Positions 19,920 to 29,347 of a stretch of DNA of 64,000 nt are shown here, one piece after another. How positions within the stretch are numbered: position 1 is the stretch's first letter; every line of letters begins with the position of its first letter. The position numbers and the translations under genes are program-made. This DNA is from Candidatus Dojkabacteria bacterium (GTDB lineage: Bacteria > Patescibacteriota > Dojkabacteria > B142 > JAFGFJ01): NCBI GenBank assembly GCA_016931155.1, contig JAFGFJ010000006.1:220389-284388 (forward strand). Reading direction: 5' to 3'. The notes under the pieces were generated by a model that made no database searches, was not told the origin of the DNA, and saw only the letters and a list, made by a program, of their open reading frames with translations.

Positions 19920-20319
19920 TTAAAAAATTTAATATTTTCTCTACAGAATCACTCAGACTCTTTTCAATTTCGCATTCCCAAATATACAAGGTATTCCATC
20001 CCTGTGACTCCAGAATTTCCTTTACTTTTTTATCTCTAGCAATATTGCTATCGAGTTTTGTATTCCAGAATTTTTTATTAGTTTTAGGTCTATAAGTATT
20101 GCTGCAACCATGTTGATGCCAGAAACAACCATGAACAAAAACCACACTCTTCTGCTTCAGAAATACAAGGTCAGGTTTACCAGTGAGTTTATATTTCAGT
20201 CTATATCGAAACCCTTTCCTGTGAAGTTCTTTTCTAATAAGTATTTCTGGCTTTGTATCATTGCCTGTTATTCTGGACATGTTCCAGCTTCTTCTTGTTT
20301 TCGTCAGTTTGTCTGTCAT
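19894..20319 (-). CDS. vsr: Very short patch repair endonuclease Vsr
   Basis: RSWNMSRI, TKPE, GKPD, FVHGCFWHQH, WECE. Confidence 0.95.
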   Translation of the reverse strand: MTDKLTKTRRSWNMSRITGNDTKPEILIRKELHRKGFRYRLKYKLTGKPDLVFLKQKSVVFVHGCFWHQHGCSNTYRPKTNKKFWNTKLDSNIARDKKVKEILESQGWNTLYIWECEIEKSLSDSVEKILNFLNEKSNNSG

Positions 20320-21497
20320 TATTTCTGTACATAATCAACGTATTTAATGAAAGTTCCGAGAGAGTAAATCTTTCTTTGATATTCTTTAGGGTAAGCAGAA
20401 ATATAATCTTTAGGGACAACCAGTTTTACATCGTTTTCGTACATCTCTTTCAATTGATTAGATGAGATACCCTGTTGTAAGGTGAACAGATGTTTAACTC
20501 TTATTCTGTCTGCCTCATTAAGAATCTGTCTCCATCTATCTTTACAGGTAGTTTTTGCAGCTAGAAATATGAGTTTGTCTGTCTTAAAACTGCCGTTTCT
20601 GTATGATTCTATATCTGGAAAAATAAAATCAGGTTTTTTATTCCCTTCAGTCACTGGTTGTTCGTCAAATTTTAATTCGAAGATATTGAACATTTTAGAT
20701 AGATGATGTTCAAGTGATTTCCCAGCCCTGCTTTTTCTTCTCTGTAAAACTGAATTTGCAGATTTTATGAAATCGTCAATACTTTTGAATGGGTTCTTTA
20801 TTAAAGGCGCATATCTATCATTTTCTATAGCTTTGAACAATTGATACTCTGTATCCAGCCATCTTAAAAGTTCTCTATCTGGCATCTTTTTTATCTCAGG
20901 AGTATTTATATTTTGTGCTTTGATAATAATTCCCCTTGCATTATCGGCAAGTTCCGTAGAGGTAGGAAAATCTACTTTTAAGGTTTCAATATAACTTTGG
21001 AATAAGTCTTCAAGTTTTGCATCAATATCTATAACATTACTCTTTGGTATTATCCTATTTGTTTCACTTGGACTTAAACCGAAAGCGCTTAAGAAATCTT
21101 CTGTATCATCATCTGAAGAGAGAACAAACGCTTCATAATAATCATCAGTAATTCTGCCTATAACTATAAGATTTCCTATATTATTCTCTTGCAGAAAAGG
21201 AAAATTTCTTCCAAATCTTGTCAACCTGTATTCATTTCTAGTTCCTGTCCCATAATAAATGAATCTGCTTTCTGTTTCGAAATCTCCTTGCCATTTAATT
21301 TTTACAAATTTATCTTTATTGCTTCCCTTGACACCTGCCTTATCGAAGAATAAAGGATAGGAATTTCTATGAAGGTAAAAGCCGCTTTGATGAGCCCCTG
21401 TGGCTACGGTGTCGTTAGCAGTAATGAACTTGGTAAATGCAATATCACTTTTATTAACAAGATTTATTGCGTTATTTACAAGATTATTTTCTGTCAT
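20319..21497 (-). CDS. EcoRII-like type II restriction endonuclease (N-terminal effector + catalytic domain)
   Basis: KFITANDT...HQSG N-domain; RRKSRAGKSLE, KPDFIFP, KTTCKDRWRQ. Confidence 0.9.
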   Translation of the reverse strand: MTENNLVNNAINLVNKSDIAFTKFITANDTVATGAHQSGFYLHRNSYPLFFDKAGVKGSNKDKFVKIKWQGDFETESRFIYYGTGTRNEYRLTRFGRNFPFLQENNIGNLIVIGRITDDYYEAFVLSSDDDTEDFLSAFGLSPSETNRIIPKSNVIDIDAKLEDLFQSYIETLKVDFPTSTELADNARGIIIKAQNINTPEIKKMPDRELLRWLDTEYQLFKAIENDRYAPLIKNPFKSIDDFIKSANSVLQRRKSRAGKSLEHHLSKMFNIFELKFDEQPVTEGNKKPDFIFPDIESYRNGSFKTDKLIFLAAKTTCKDRWRQILNEADRIRVKHLFTLQQGISSNQLKEMYENDVKLVVPKDYISAYPKEYQRKIYSLGTFIKYVDYVQK

Positions 21498-22717
21498 TAC
21501 AAGTATTTAATAACTGATTTTGCCAGATGTTCCATTAGTGGAACAACTACTGAGTTGCCAAACTGCTTATAGGCTTGAGTATCTGAAACAGGAATGATGA
21601 AATTTTCTGGAAAACCCTGCAGCCTTGCACATTCCCGTGGGGTTAATTTTCGTGGATTTTTACCTTCCTGTGGAATCAGTATTTCTGAACCATCCTTGTA
21701 ATATCTGGCACTAAGTGTTCTAGTTACCCCGTTAAAATCAGCGAGTCCAAAACCAAATCCATTGCCCTTTTCTCTATGTTTTTTTGCATAGCTTTGAAGA
21801 TATTCCCATAGCTTGTCTGAGAGAGTGTATTTTTCATCGATATCCTTATCCAGAATATCAGAGAGTTTAGTCTTATTTAGTGGTACTTCAGGGAAACTGA
21901 AATTTTCTTCATTATTAAAAATGTCATTATTGAAGGCTACTACTATCGTTCTTTCTCGATGTTGAGGGACAAAATGTTTGCCATCAAAAACCTGAAAGTA
22001 TGGTGTGTAGTTCAAATCAGTAAGAGTGTTAAGTATGACTTTAAAGGTATTTCCTTTATCGTGAGACATGAGGTTTTTTACATTCTCTAAAAAAAGTATT
22101 TTAGGTCTCTTTTCTTTTACAATTCTTGCTATATCAAAGAATAATGTTCCCTTTGTACCATCAAGAAATCCATGATTAACTCCCATGCTTATCTTTTTGG
22201 ATACACCAGCGATTGAAAAAGGTTGACATGGAAATCCTGCAAGTAAGATATCATGATCTGGAATATCTTTTTCATCAATCTTTGTAATGTCACCTGCAGG
22301 AGTTTCTTTGAAGTTTGCTTCGTAAGTTTTACAAGCATAAGTGTCAATTTCAGAAGAAAAGACAGAAATACCCCCCTGTTTTTCAAATCCGATTCTTATA
22401 CCGCCAATTCCTGCGAACAGGTCTATGAATTTGAACTTGCCTGTTTTCTTCTCAGGTTTAATATCGTTGGGAAATATACCTGAGTTATCAAAACCCAGTT
22501 GAGGTTCAATAAGTGTATCTATTCTTACATCAAGTGCATTTGCAATTCTGACTACAGTTTCTATAGTTGGATTATGTTGAACCCCGCTTTCCAGTTTTGT
22601 AATAGTAGAGTAGGTAACACCCGATCGTTCAGCCAGGTCTTTTTGGGTCAGACCTCGAATTTTTCTCTCCCTTTCTATCTTTAATGCTATGTTTGACATA
22701 TGTGTTAATAATTTCAT
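21497..22717 (-). CDS. dcm: C5-cytosine DNA methyltransferase (Dcm-like) with N-terminal XRE HTH; start may be 22699
   Basis: DLFAGIGG, GFPCQPFS, ENVKNL, PQHRER, TLSARYYKDGSEIL, KQFGNSV; N-terminal LTQKDLAERSGV HTH. Confidence 0.93.
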   Translation of the reverse strand: MKLLTHMSNIALKIERERKIRGLTQKDLAERSGVTYSTITKLESGVQHNPTIETVVRIANALDVRIDTLIEPQLGFDNSGIFPNDIKPEKKTGKFKFIDLFAGIGGIRIGFEKQGGISVFSSEIDTYACKTYEANFKETPAGDITKIDEKDIPDHDILLAGFPCQPFSIAGVSKKISMGVNHGFLDGTKGTLFFDIARIVKEKRPKILFLENVKNLMSHDKGNTFKVILNTLTDLNYTPYFQVFDGKHFVPQHRERTIVVAFNNDIFNNEENFSFPEVPLNKTKLSDILDKDIDEKYTLSDKLWEYLQSYAKKHREKGNGFGFGLADFNGVTRTLSARYYKDGSEILIPQEGKNPRKLTPRECARLQGFPENFIIPVSDTQAYKQFGNSVVVPLMEHLAKSVIKYL

Positions 22718-22741
22718 TCTATTGATATATTATACCCAGTG

Positions 22742-23887
22742 TTAATTCATATCAAGTTTATTTAACTTAACTTTTTCAAACTTACTTAATTTACTTAGTA
22801 ACGACTTGAAAGGACTCTTTGTTTTACTTACAACAAGCTGTTTCATTTCCTTATTTAGTCTATACCAGCTTGTTTTTCCAAACCTGTCTGTCACCTTCCT
22901 AAACTTTCTAACACCTATTTCCTCAAGTGCTACTTTTGCTCCAAAATAGACGAGTAACTTTCTGTAGCCAAGCTTTGGATTATTCAGTTGCAGTTCGGTT
23001 AAGATTCCTTCAAATGTCTCAGTTTCAACCATTAGTAGCTTTGGATAAGAAGATTCTATCTCTTTAATTATAGCAAGTAGTAGCTTCTTAGATAGTTTTT
23101 TGCTGTAGAGGTCTGTAAAAATGAGCTGTTTATTCTTAAAGGAGTATTTTTCAAGCAATTGCTTCATCTTTCTTCTGCTTCCTATCCTTACTTCGACTCG
23201 TAGGACTTCGAAAGGCTTCTTTGACTGTGGTTGGTCAAATAAACTCAATTGTGTGTAGTTATCCTTCTCTATAGCACGTTTTTCAGATAGTTTTGCCTGT
23301 TTTAGGTCTTTTAACTTGTCGTATAGAATAACTTCAAAATCATTACTGTGATATTTAATTGAGTGACCTTCATTTCTGAAGTCTGTACTATTCATGTCTA
23401 ATAGTCTATTTACGTTTATTTTACTTACCTCTTTCAGGATGGAGTAGGGCGTAGAATAGTCTGTAAGTACAATATTCTTTGAATAATGGACAGTAGATAC
23501 ATCTGCATTTGCTAGAATTTGTATATCCTCGATCTTTACTCCCATAATAAACAGTAAATCCTTTAGTTTCCAGCATATTTCACCGAAGTCTGATTCTTCT
23601 ACTTCATCAAAGTTGTTTCCATGAAGCAGTTTGGGGATGGAGAACTCAACCTTGAGGAATATAGTAAAACCACCTCTTCTAAGAGCTTTAAATATGGTTA
23701 GACGGGGTAAGTAGCCATGTTGCTGTTTGTCTGCCTTCGTGGGGTTATTTGTAGCCTTAAAAGGTGCTCTGGCAGTGACTTTAATGAAGGGGGGTACAAA
23801 TAGGTTTTCTGTTGAAGGTGAAAACTTATTATGGTCTAGAATCTTGAAGTCTTTTTCTTCAATTGTCAGTGAAATTGTATCTATCAT
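22742..23887 (-). CDS. Putative replication initiation protein (phage/plasmid gene II/X- or Rep_trans-like)
   Basis: MIDTI start, EFSIPKLLHGNN, YDK...LRVEVR motif arrangement. Confidence 0.6.
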   Translation of the reverse strand: MIDTISLTIEEKDFKILDHNKFSPSTENLFVPPFIKVTARAPFKATNNPTKADKQQHGYLPRLTIFKALRRGGFTIFLKVEFSIPKLLHGNNFDEVEESDFGEICWKLKDLLFIMGVKIEDIQILANADVSTVHYSKNIVLTDYSTPYSILKEVSKINVNRLLDMNSTDFRNEGHSIKYHSNDFEVILYDKLKDLKQAKLSEKRAIEKDNYTQLSLFDQPQSKKPFEVLRVEVRIGSRRKMKQLLEKYSFKNKQLIFTDLYSKKLSKKLLLAIIKEIESSYPKLLMVETETFEGILTELQLNNPKLGYRKLLVYFGAKVALEEIGVRKFRKVTDRFGKTSWYRLNKEMKQLVVSKTKSPFKSLLSKLSKFEKVKLNKLDMN

Positions 23888-24146
23888 TGTTCATTACGTT
23901 TTTTAAGTAATTATTTACTTCCTCCTCAATCAGGCTACCTGTCTGTTTGTTTATTGGATGAAAAAGATTCATATCCCTGTTCCCAATGTGTTTGGTAGGG
24001 TAAACAAGCCTGTAATCCCTATCGGGCTTGGTAAAGATAGCCACAGAACTGCAATAAATAGCTTCAAATAAGACAAAGCTACAAAACGCAATTAAGCCAT
24101 TGTTTGGTTTCACTGGAATTACTTGTATTTCACTTATTATTTTCAT
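23859..24146 (-). CDS. SpoVG-like nucleic-acid-binding protein
   Basis: ISEIQVIPV...GLIAFCSFV...LVYP...FHPIN pattern. Confidence 0.7.
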   Translation of the reverse strand: MKIISEIQVIPVKPNNGLIAFCSFVLFEAIYCSSVAIFTKPDRDYRLVYPTKHIGNRDMNLFHPINKQTGSLIEEEVNNYLKNVMNNDRYNFTDN

Positions 24147-24307
24147 TGCTTTGTCTTTTTGAGTCTTTTGTCTATATCAATAAATATCTGAAATAGTTTT
24201 AGAACTCGCTCTTGTTCTTCAGAGGTTTTACAAACAGAACAATTGTCAGGTAAAGGCACCTGATCCTTGTTGTATATAGTTTGTAAATGCTTATCCTCAG
24301 TTTGCAT
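24143..24307 (-). CDS. 54-aa hypothetical protein (not in the ORF track)
   Basis: MQTEDKHLQTIYNKDQVPLPDNCSVCKTSEEQERVLKLFQIFIDIDKRLKKTKQ; ATGA overlap with the SpoVG-like start. Confidence 0.6.
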   Translation of the reverse strand: MQTEDKHLQTIYNKDQVPLPDNCSVCKTSEEQERVLKLFQIFIDIDKRLKKTKQ

Positions 24308-24341
24308 ATACTGAGGATACAGAGTGGGTAGTTACGTAAAG

Positions 24342-24962
24342 TTACGTGACAAGTGAAGGATTTACCTGAATAGTCTTAGTTTTTACAATTAGAAACTTTT
24401 TAACGTCAGTTTTCTTAGCAACTTTCTCATTAACTCTCTTTCCTGCTCTGTAAACTACTTTGTTATCGATATTTTCTGTTGATTCACCCCATTCCTCAAC
24501 GATTTCATCCCATGACCATTCTTTTTTCATGGACTCTGTGTCTTTGAGGATAACCTTTAGAAGCTTATTTTCTAGGGAATCGGAGGGAAAATCCCTAATT
24601 AGTTCATTCTGAAGTAAAAGTGCTGGAATGTCGGGGTAATACTTTGGGATACTCTTTCTCTTTGACCTTCTTAGATTCTCCTTCATTTCCTTAAGCTCGA
24701 TTCGGAGTTTTTCATATTGTAAGTGCTTCGTCCTGTCTTCTTCTGTGTCGTAAGTATACATTCCGTCAGCGCTACCGTGTAGTAGAAATTCTGCTATACG
24801 CCTTAATTGCTGAACAACTGGGTCTTCTCCTATTGTTGGAGTTCTTTTACCAACAAACCCAATTTGGAACTCTATTTTGCCCAATATTTTATTTAGTTGA
24901 ACAAGTTCTTCTTTGATTTCGTTTAGTGAGGAAGTTATGTTTTCATTTGAATCATTTTTCAT
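24342..24962 (-). CDS. Hypothetical protein, possible C-terminal winged helix
   Basis: 206-aa ORF; WSWDEIVEEWG...VYRAGKRVNEK. Confidence 0.6.
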   Translation of the reverse strand: MKNDSNENITSSLNEIKEELVQLNKILGKIEFQIGFVGKRTPTIGEDPVVQQLRRIAEFLLHGSADGMYTYDTEEDRTKHLQYEKLRIELKEMKENLRRSKRKSIPKYYPDIPALLLQNELIRDFPSDSLENKLLKVILKDTESMKKEWSWDEIVEEWGESTENIDNKVVYRAGKRVNEKVAKKTDVKKFLIVKTKTIQVNPSLVT

Positions 24963-24999
24963 TACGTCTTCGTTCTACTACTCTACAATAAGTTATGGA

Positions 25000-25731
25000 C
25001 TATTTACATTCTTCATCCTTGTTCTTATCAAGAATATAGTCCTTTATCTTCCAGTAATTATCTACTATTTTTTGATAGTTGTTAGCAAATATCTCCTGTA
25101 AATTACTGTCAGTTCTTAACTTTTCTTTAAGGTCTTGTAGATAGTTAATTAAATCAAAAAATAAGCAGAAGTTATTAACCAAAATCTCGTTCCTATGATA
25201 CCTTAAATGGCAATAACCTTTCCTGTTTTTTGCGATTTTGAAGTACTCAGATAGTTCCTCTAATGATTTAGGAGCATCGTGTTTTAAGTAATTAGACTGA
25301 AAGAACCACGACTCCTGTCTATCTTTCCTAGTTGCTCCTTTTCTTATAGTATCAATTATATGGGGTAGGGGACGGACATTATGGACTAGATCATGCCTAT
25401 AGACCTGCACAAGATAGCTCCTGTACCTTTTGTATTTTGAATTTACATATTTATCGTAAGGCATAAAGTCATTAAGTACTATTTTTATTCTTTCTGTTTG
25501 TTTTTTCCCTGTGTGAATATACATTAGAGAAGCAATGTGATCTGTAAAACAAAAAATATTCCTTGCTATAGTAAAAAGGCCTATTTGACTTTCTAATAAA
25601 GGGAAAATATCTCCTTTTAGTTGGTCTATTAAATCAGATACATATTCATAAGGTTGGAAACTTTTTCCTGGAAGAACGGCTAAATGAAATAGACCTTTAT
25701 CTTTGTTCACTACTGTAAGGTGTGTGGTCAT
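25000..25731 (-). CDS. Hypothetical protein (helical; RHDLVH may be a HEPN-like Rx4H motif)
   Basis: 243-aa ORF in the island. Confidence 0.6.
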   Translation of the reverse strand: MTTHLTVVNKDKGLFHLAVLPGKSFQPYEYVSDLIDQLKGDIFPLLESQIGLFTIARNIFCFTDHIASLMYIHTGKKQTERIKIVLNDFMPYDKYVNSKYKRYRSYLVQVYRHDLVHNVRPLPHIIDTIRKGATRKDRQESWFFQSNYLKHDAPKSLEELSEYFKIAKNRKGYCHLRYHRNEILVNNFCLFFDLINYLQDLKEKLRTDSNLQEIFANNYQKIVDNYWKIKDYILDKNKDEECK

Positions 25732-25953
25732 GAAAAGGTGGAATAACTATAGAATTATACTCTAATGTACAAGCCTATAATTGAAGAGCAATGTTTTCCA
25801 TATATGAACTTTCTATGAGCCTTTTTATATTGTTTACGTTTATAGTAATCTCAGTAGATTGGTTCATGAACGAGTCTAATAAGTGACCCCACTACCAGGA
25901 AACTCGCCCTAAAAGACGCTTGCACTCCATAAATACTCGTGTTATTATCGATT

Positions 25954-27207
25954 ATGGTAATAAAAAGAGCAATCGAAAAAGAAATAGTCGAGCATCTCTC
26001 CTCACCAGAAATAACTCTCATAGTCGGGCCAAGGCAGGTTGGTAAAACTACATTGATAAATAAAATAGCCGAATCACTGAAGAACAAAGGGGAAAGTGTC
26101 TTTACACTCAACCTGGATATAGAAGATGATTTTGGTTTGCTTGAAAGTCAGTCAAGGCTTGTGAGTCAAATTGGACTCAATATAGGAAAGGATAAGGGAT
26201 ATGTATTCATAGATGAAGTGCAACGGAAAGAAGACGCAGGAAGGTTTTTCAAGGGAATTTATGACATGAAACTTCCTTACAAGTTTATCTTAACAGGTTC
26301 CGGAAGTGTAGAGTTAAAGGAAAAGGTTTCGGAATCGCTTACTGGGAGAAAAAAGATTTTTGAAATGAGGCCGATAAGTTTTTTCGAATTTATAGACTAC
26401 AAAACTCAATATCAGTATTCGGATAGATTGGCTTCCTTTTTCTCTCTCAAAGATCCAAGACTTGAACCTTTGTTTAATGAGTACATGCAGTTTGGCGGAT
26501 ATCCACGCGTTATGCTTGCGGACAGACTAGAGACAAAGCGTGCGGAAATGCAGGAAATATATAAAAGTTATCTAGAGAAGGACATTACGCAACTTCTGAA
26601 TATTCAAAAAGCAGAATCATTTAGCAAATTAATTACTTTACTATCAAGTCAGGCAGGTAAGCAGATAAATATAGAAGAATTAAGTACTACTCTCTCTCTC
26701 GATTCAAAAACAATAAAAAACTATTTGTGGTATTTAGAAAAGACTTACATAATAAAAGTCTGCAGACCGTATTTTACGAACCCAAGAAGCGAACTTGTTA
26801 AATCGTCAGTTTACTACTTTCTTGACCTTGGAATGAGTAACTATGCACTCAATAGATTTAGTAATTTTGATCTTACTTTACATGGAGGACAATTGTTCGA
26901 GAACTTTATATTTAACCACTTGATCAATAAATACTACAAAACTGATCCTACAATCAATTTCTGGAGAACAAAAGATGGAGCAGAAGTTGATTTTATCTTT
27001 AGGGTGGGAGCACAGGTAATACCGATCGAAGTAAAGTATAAGAAACTCTTAAAACCCACCGCAGGGCGCTCTTTGTATAATTATTTAGAAAAATACAAAT
27101 CTGCTGAAGCTCATATAGTAAACTTAACGCTGGATGAGGAAATAAAATCTAGGAAATCAAAACTCATATTCAGTAGTTATCCAAAATTTCTGTCTATGGA
27201 TATATAA
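25954..27207 (+). CDS. AAA_14 ATPase with DUF4143 (PD-(D/E)xK-like) C-terminus
   Basis: GPRQVGKTT, FIDEVQ, TGS, ESLTGR, GGYP, EVDF...IEVK; TTGCAC-17-TATTAT just upstream favours ATG 25954. Confidence 0.9.
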   Translation: MVIKRAIEKEIVEHLSSPEITLIVGPRQVGKTTLINKIAESLKNKGESVFTLNLDIEDDFGLLESQSRLVSQIGLNIGKDKGYVFIDEVQRKEDAGRFFKGIYDMKLPYKFILTGSGSVELKEKVSESLTGRKKIFEMRPISFFEFIDYKTQYQYSDRLASFFSLKDPRLEPLFNEYMQFGGYPRVMLADRLETKRAEMQEIYKSYLEKDITQLLNIQKAESFSKLITLLSSQAGKQINIEELSTTLSLDSKTIKNYLWYLEKTYIIKVCRPYFTNPRSELVKSSVYYFLDLGMSNYALNRFSNFDLTLHGGQLFENFIFNHLINKYYKTDPTINFWRTKDGAEVDFIFRVGAQVIPIEVKYKKLLKPTAGRSLYNYLEKYKSAEAHIVNLTLDEEIKSRKSKLIFSSYPKFLSMDI

Positions 27208-27210
27208 TAG

Positions 27211-27239
27211 TACCAAAATTCCTTCCACCAGCCACCCCA
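27211..27239 (+). repeat. att-like site 1 (attR of the main element)
   Basis: taCCAAAATTCCTT-CCACCAGCCACCCCA. Confidence 0.9.
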
Positions 27240-27343
27240 GACGCAATAAAACATAACAAACCTTCCAGAACGCTCTCCTGTTAATAGAATTCGAGGTTCG
27301 AATTTATAAAAAATCAAATATAAAAACACTTCTGTTAGTAATA

Positions 27344-27372
27344 TTGCATTTAAAGACTGTTTAGAATATAAT
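27344..27372 (+). promoter_or_regulatory. Putative sigma70 promoter of the AbiE cassette
   Basis: TTGCAT-17 bp-TATAAT. Confidence 0.55.
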
Positions 27373-27404
27373 ACGGAAGTGTATGTTATCTTAAGTAGTC
27401 AGAA

Positions 27405-28019
27405 ATGAGAAGAAAAACACTTTTTACAAATTTTATAAACACACCCTACTTTACAAAGCAGGATCTATTGGTTTTGGCTGATAAATTCAATATCTCTGAG
27501 ACAAGTATTAACACGTTAATTCAGAGATCTATCAAAAGCAAGGAAATCATCTCATTAAAAAGAAATTGTTATGTTAATAGAGAATTTTTTCTTAAGAATA
27601 GAGATAATCTAGAGTATAAGTTCTTTGTTGCCAATATATTGATAAAATCCTCGTATATTAGCCGAGAAACCGCTCTACAGTATTACGGACTACTTTCCGA
27701 AGCATCACTGAACTATTTTACTTCTACTACTATCAAGCTACCTAGAAAATTTGAGAAATCACTCGGTATTTTTGAATACAGAAATATTAAGGATGAACTT
27801 TTTAATGGATATAAGAGTGTAAGATTTTCGATTGGTGGAAATGAATATTCGTACCTAATAGCAGAACCCTACAAAGCAATATTTGATTATATATATTATC
27901 GTACAAGTAAAAGGTCAATATCTGAAGGATTACTTATGTCAGTAATGAATGAGCTCAGAATAAATTACCATGACCTTGAAAAGGATCAGCTAGATAAATT
28001 AATTAATTCTTTTAAATAA
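27405..28019 (+). CDS. AbiEi-like type IV antitoxin/transcriptional regulator
   Basis: SYISRETALQYYGL, IAEPYKAIFDYIY; directly upstream of the AbiEii-like gene. Confidence 0.8.
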   Translation: MRRKTLFTNFINTPYFTKQDLLVLADKFNISETSINTLIQRSIKSKEIISLKRNCYVNREFFLKNRDNLEYKFFVANILIKSSYISRETALQYYGLLSEASLNYFTSTTIKLPRKFEKSLGIFEYRNIKDELFNGYKSVRFSIGGNEYSYLIAEPYKAIFDYIYYRTSKRSISEGLLMSVMNELRINYHDLEKDQLDKLINSFK

Positions 28020-29285
28020 ATGTTAATAGATAAATTAAAACTAAAATTTAAAGAACTTAAAGAGGAAGGTAAAACGGAAGATTCAATATTAATAGCCTTA
28101 AAGGAAATTTTGCAGCACTATATATTGAACTTCATTTACACAAGCAAAAATTATTCTTATTTGACAATGTATGGTGGGACTGTTTTAAGAATAGGATATA
28201 ACCTTCCTAGAATGTCTGAAGACTTAGATTTTCAGACACATAAGAAATTAGATTTAGAGAAATTTACCGAGGAAATAAAGAGGTATTTTAAGGATAATTA
28301 CGCATTTGATATAGAAGTAAAGCACAAAAGCTCACCAGAGAATAATACAAGCACATTATTTATAAAGTTCTTCACGTTAAAAGAACTAGGTTTTAAAAAA
28401 TTAAAGCTTGAAAGACTTCATGTCAAAGTAGATGTAAACTACTTTGAAACGGCAAATAAATTTGTAAACGATACTGTACCAGGTGGTAAAGGCACGGAGT
28501 TAGCCTATACAATTAAAACTTATCCCCTTTCTACTCTAATGGCGAGTAAGGCTGTTGCATTCCTAAAGAGAGATGCCAGAGGTATAGGTGATATTTTAAC
28601 GAATGTAAAATCAAGAGATGTATACGATATGATGTGGTATATGAATCGAGGAACTATGCCTGATTTGGAATATCTTAAAGCAAAAGATATAAGCTTTGAC
28701 ACATTTTTAGATTTTAGAGATAAAGTCAAGATTAGAGCAAACAAGATTGAAGACAACGCCTTTAGAAATGATTTATCTCAGTTCTTTTATGATAGAAATG
28801 AACTTGAAAACTGGCTATCTAGCTGGAGACCAAAATTTATGCAGTTATTAGATTCATATAAAGTATATGAAGTTGGGGAATTAGAGAGGATTTATGGGCA
28901 TGTAGATTTCAGTACAGATAATAGATCTATTTCTTATACATTTAATGCTTTAGACAATCAAAATCAGAATGTGATCTTTAGTGTGACACTTACAGATTAC
29001 TGGTTCGAGTTTAGAGATATAAAAATAAATAGAGGTCACAGAGTAGCAGAGATTGAAGATAAGGCTGAGAAAGGAAGAGGTGAAATGACTGAGTTAGACT
29101 ATGAGTATATTGGACTCTTCTACACAAAGATTAAAGATTACTTAAAGCGAAATAAGAACGTGGTTTTCCAGAATGAATTTGAAACTAAAGTAATACGGGC
29201 TTCAGCAGACAATTTAGATCCAAAAAAGCAGATTTATCTTGATAAAAGGCTTTTGGAGAAGATAGATTTTGAAGAATTATTGTGA
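28020..29285 (+). CDS. AbiEii-like nucleotidyltransferase toxin with C-terminal extension
   Basis: GGTVLRIGYNLPRMSEDLDF, K..A, RDVYD motifs. Confidence 0.88.
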   Translation: MLIDKLKLKFKELKEEGKTEDSILIALKEILQHYILNFIYTSKNYSYLTMYGGTVLRIGYNLPRMSEDLDFQTHKKLDLEKFTEEIKRYFKDNYAFDIEVKHKSSPENNTSTLFIKFFTLKELGFKKLKLERLHVKVDVNYFETANKFVNDTVPGGKGTELAYTIKTYPLSTLMASKAVAFLKRDARGIGDILTNVKSRDVYDMMWYMNRGTMPDLEYLKAKDISFDTFLDFRDKVKIRANKIEDNAFRNDLSQFFYDRNELENWLSSWRPKFMQLLDSYKVYEVGELERIYGHVDFSTDNRSISYTFNALDNQNQNVIFSVTLTDYWFEFRDIKINRGHRVAEIEDKAEKGRGEMTELDYEYIGLFYTKIKDYLKRNKNVVFQNEFETKVIRASADNLDPKKQIYLDKRLLEKIDFEELL

Positions 29286-29327
29286 ATATTAATGAACAAC
29301 TCTCAAGAGAATACGGTTTAACCAACG

Positions 29328-29347
29328 TTCCAAAATTCCTTCCACCA
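29328..29347 (+). repeat. att-like site 2
   Basis: ttCCAAAATTCCTTCCACCA; 18 bp identical to 27213-27230. Confidence 0.85.

Larger units (their letters stand above)
18423..27239. mobile_element. ~8.8-kb integrative element at tRNA-His (serine recombinase, RM system, Rep-like gene)
   Basis: 15-bp direct repeat CCACCAGCCACCCCA at 18423-18437 and 27225-27239; recombinase next to the tRNA. Confidence 0.88.

Noticed and set aside
18423-27239. Prophage
   Set aside because: No recognisable capsid, terminase, portal, tail or lysis genes.
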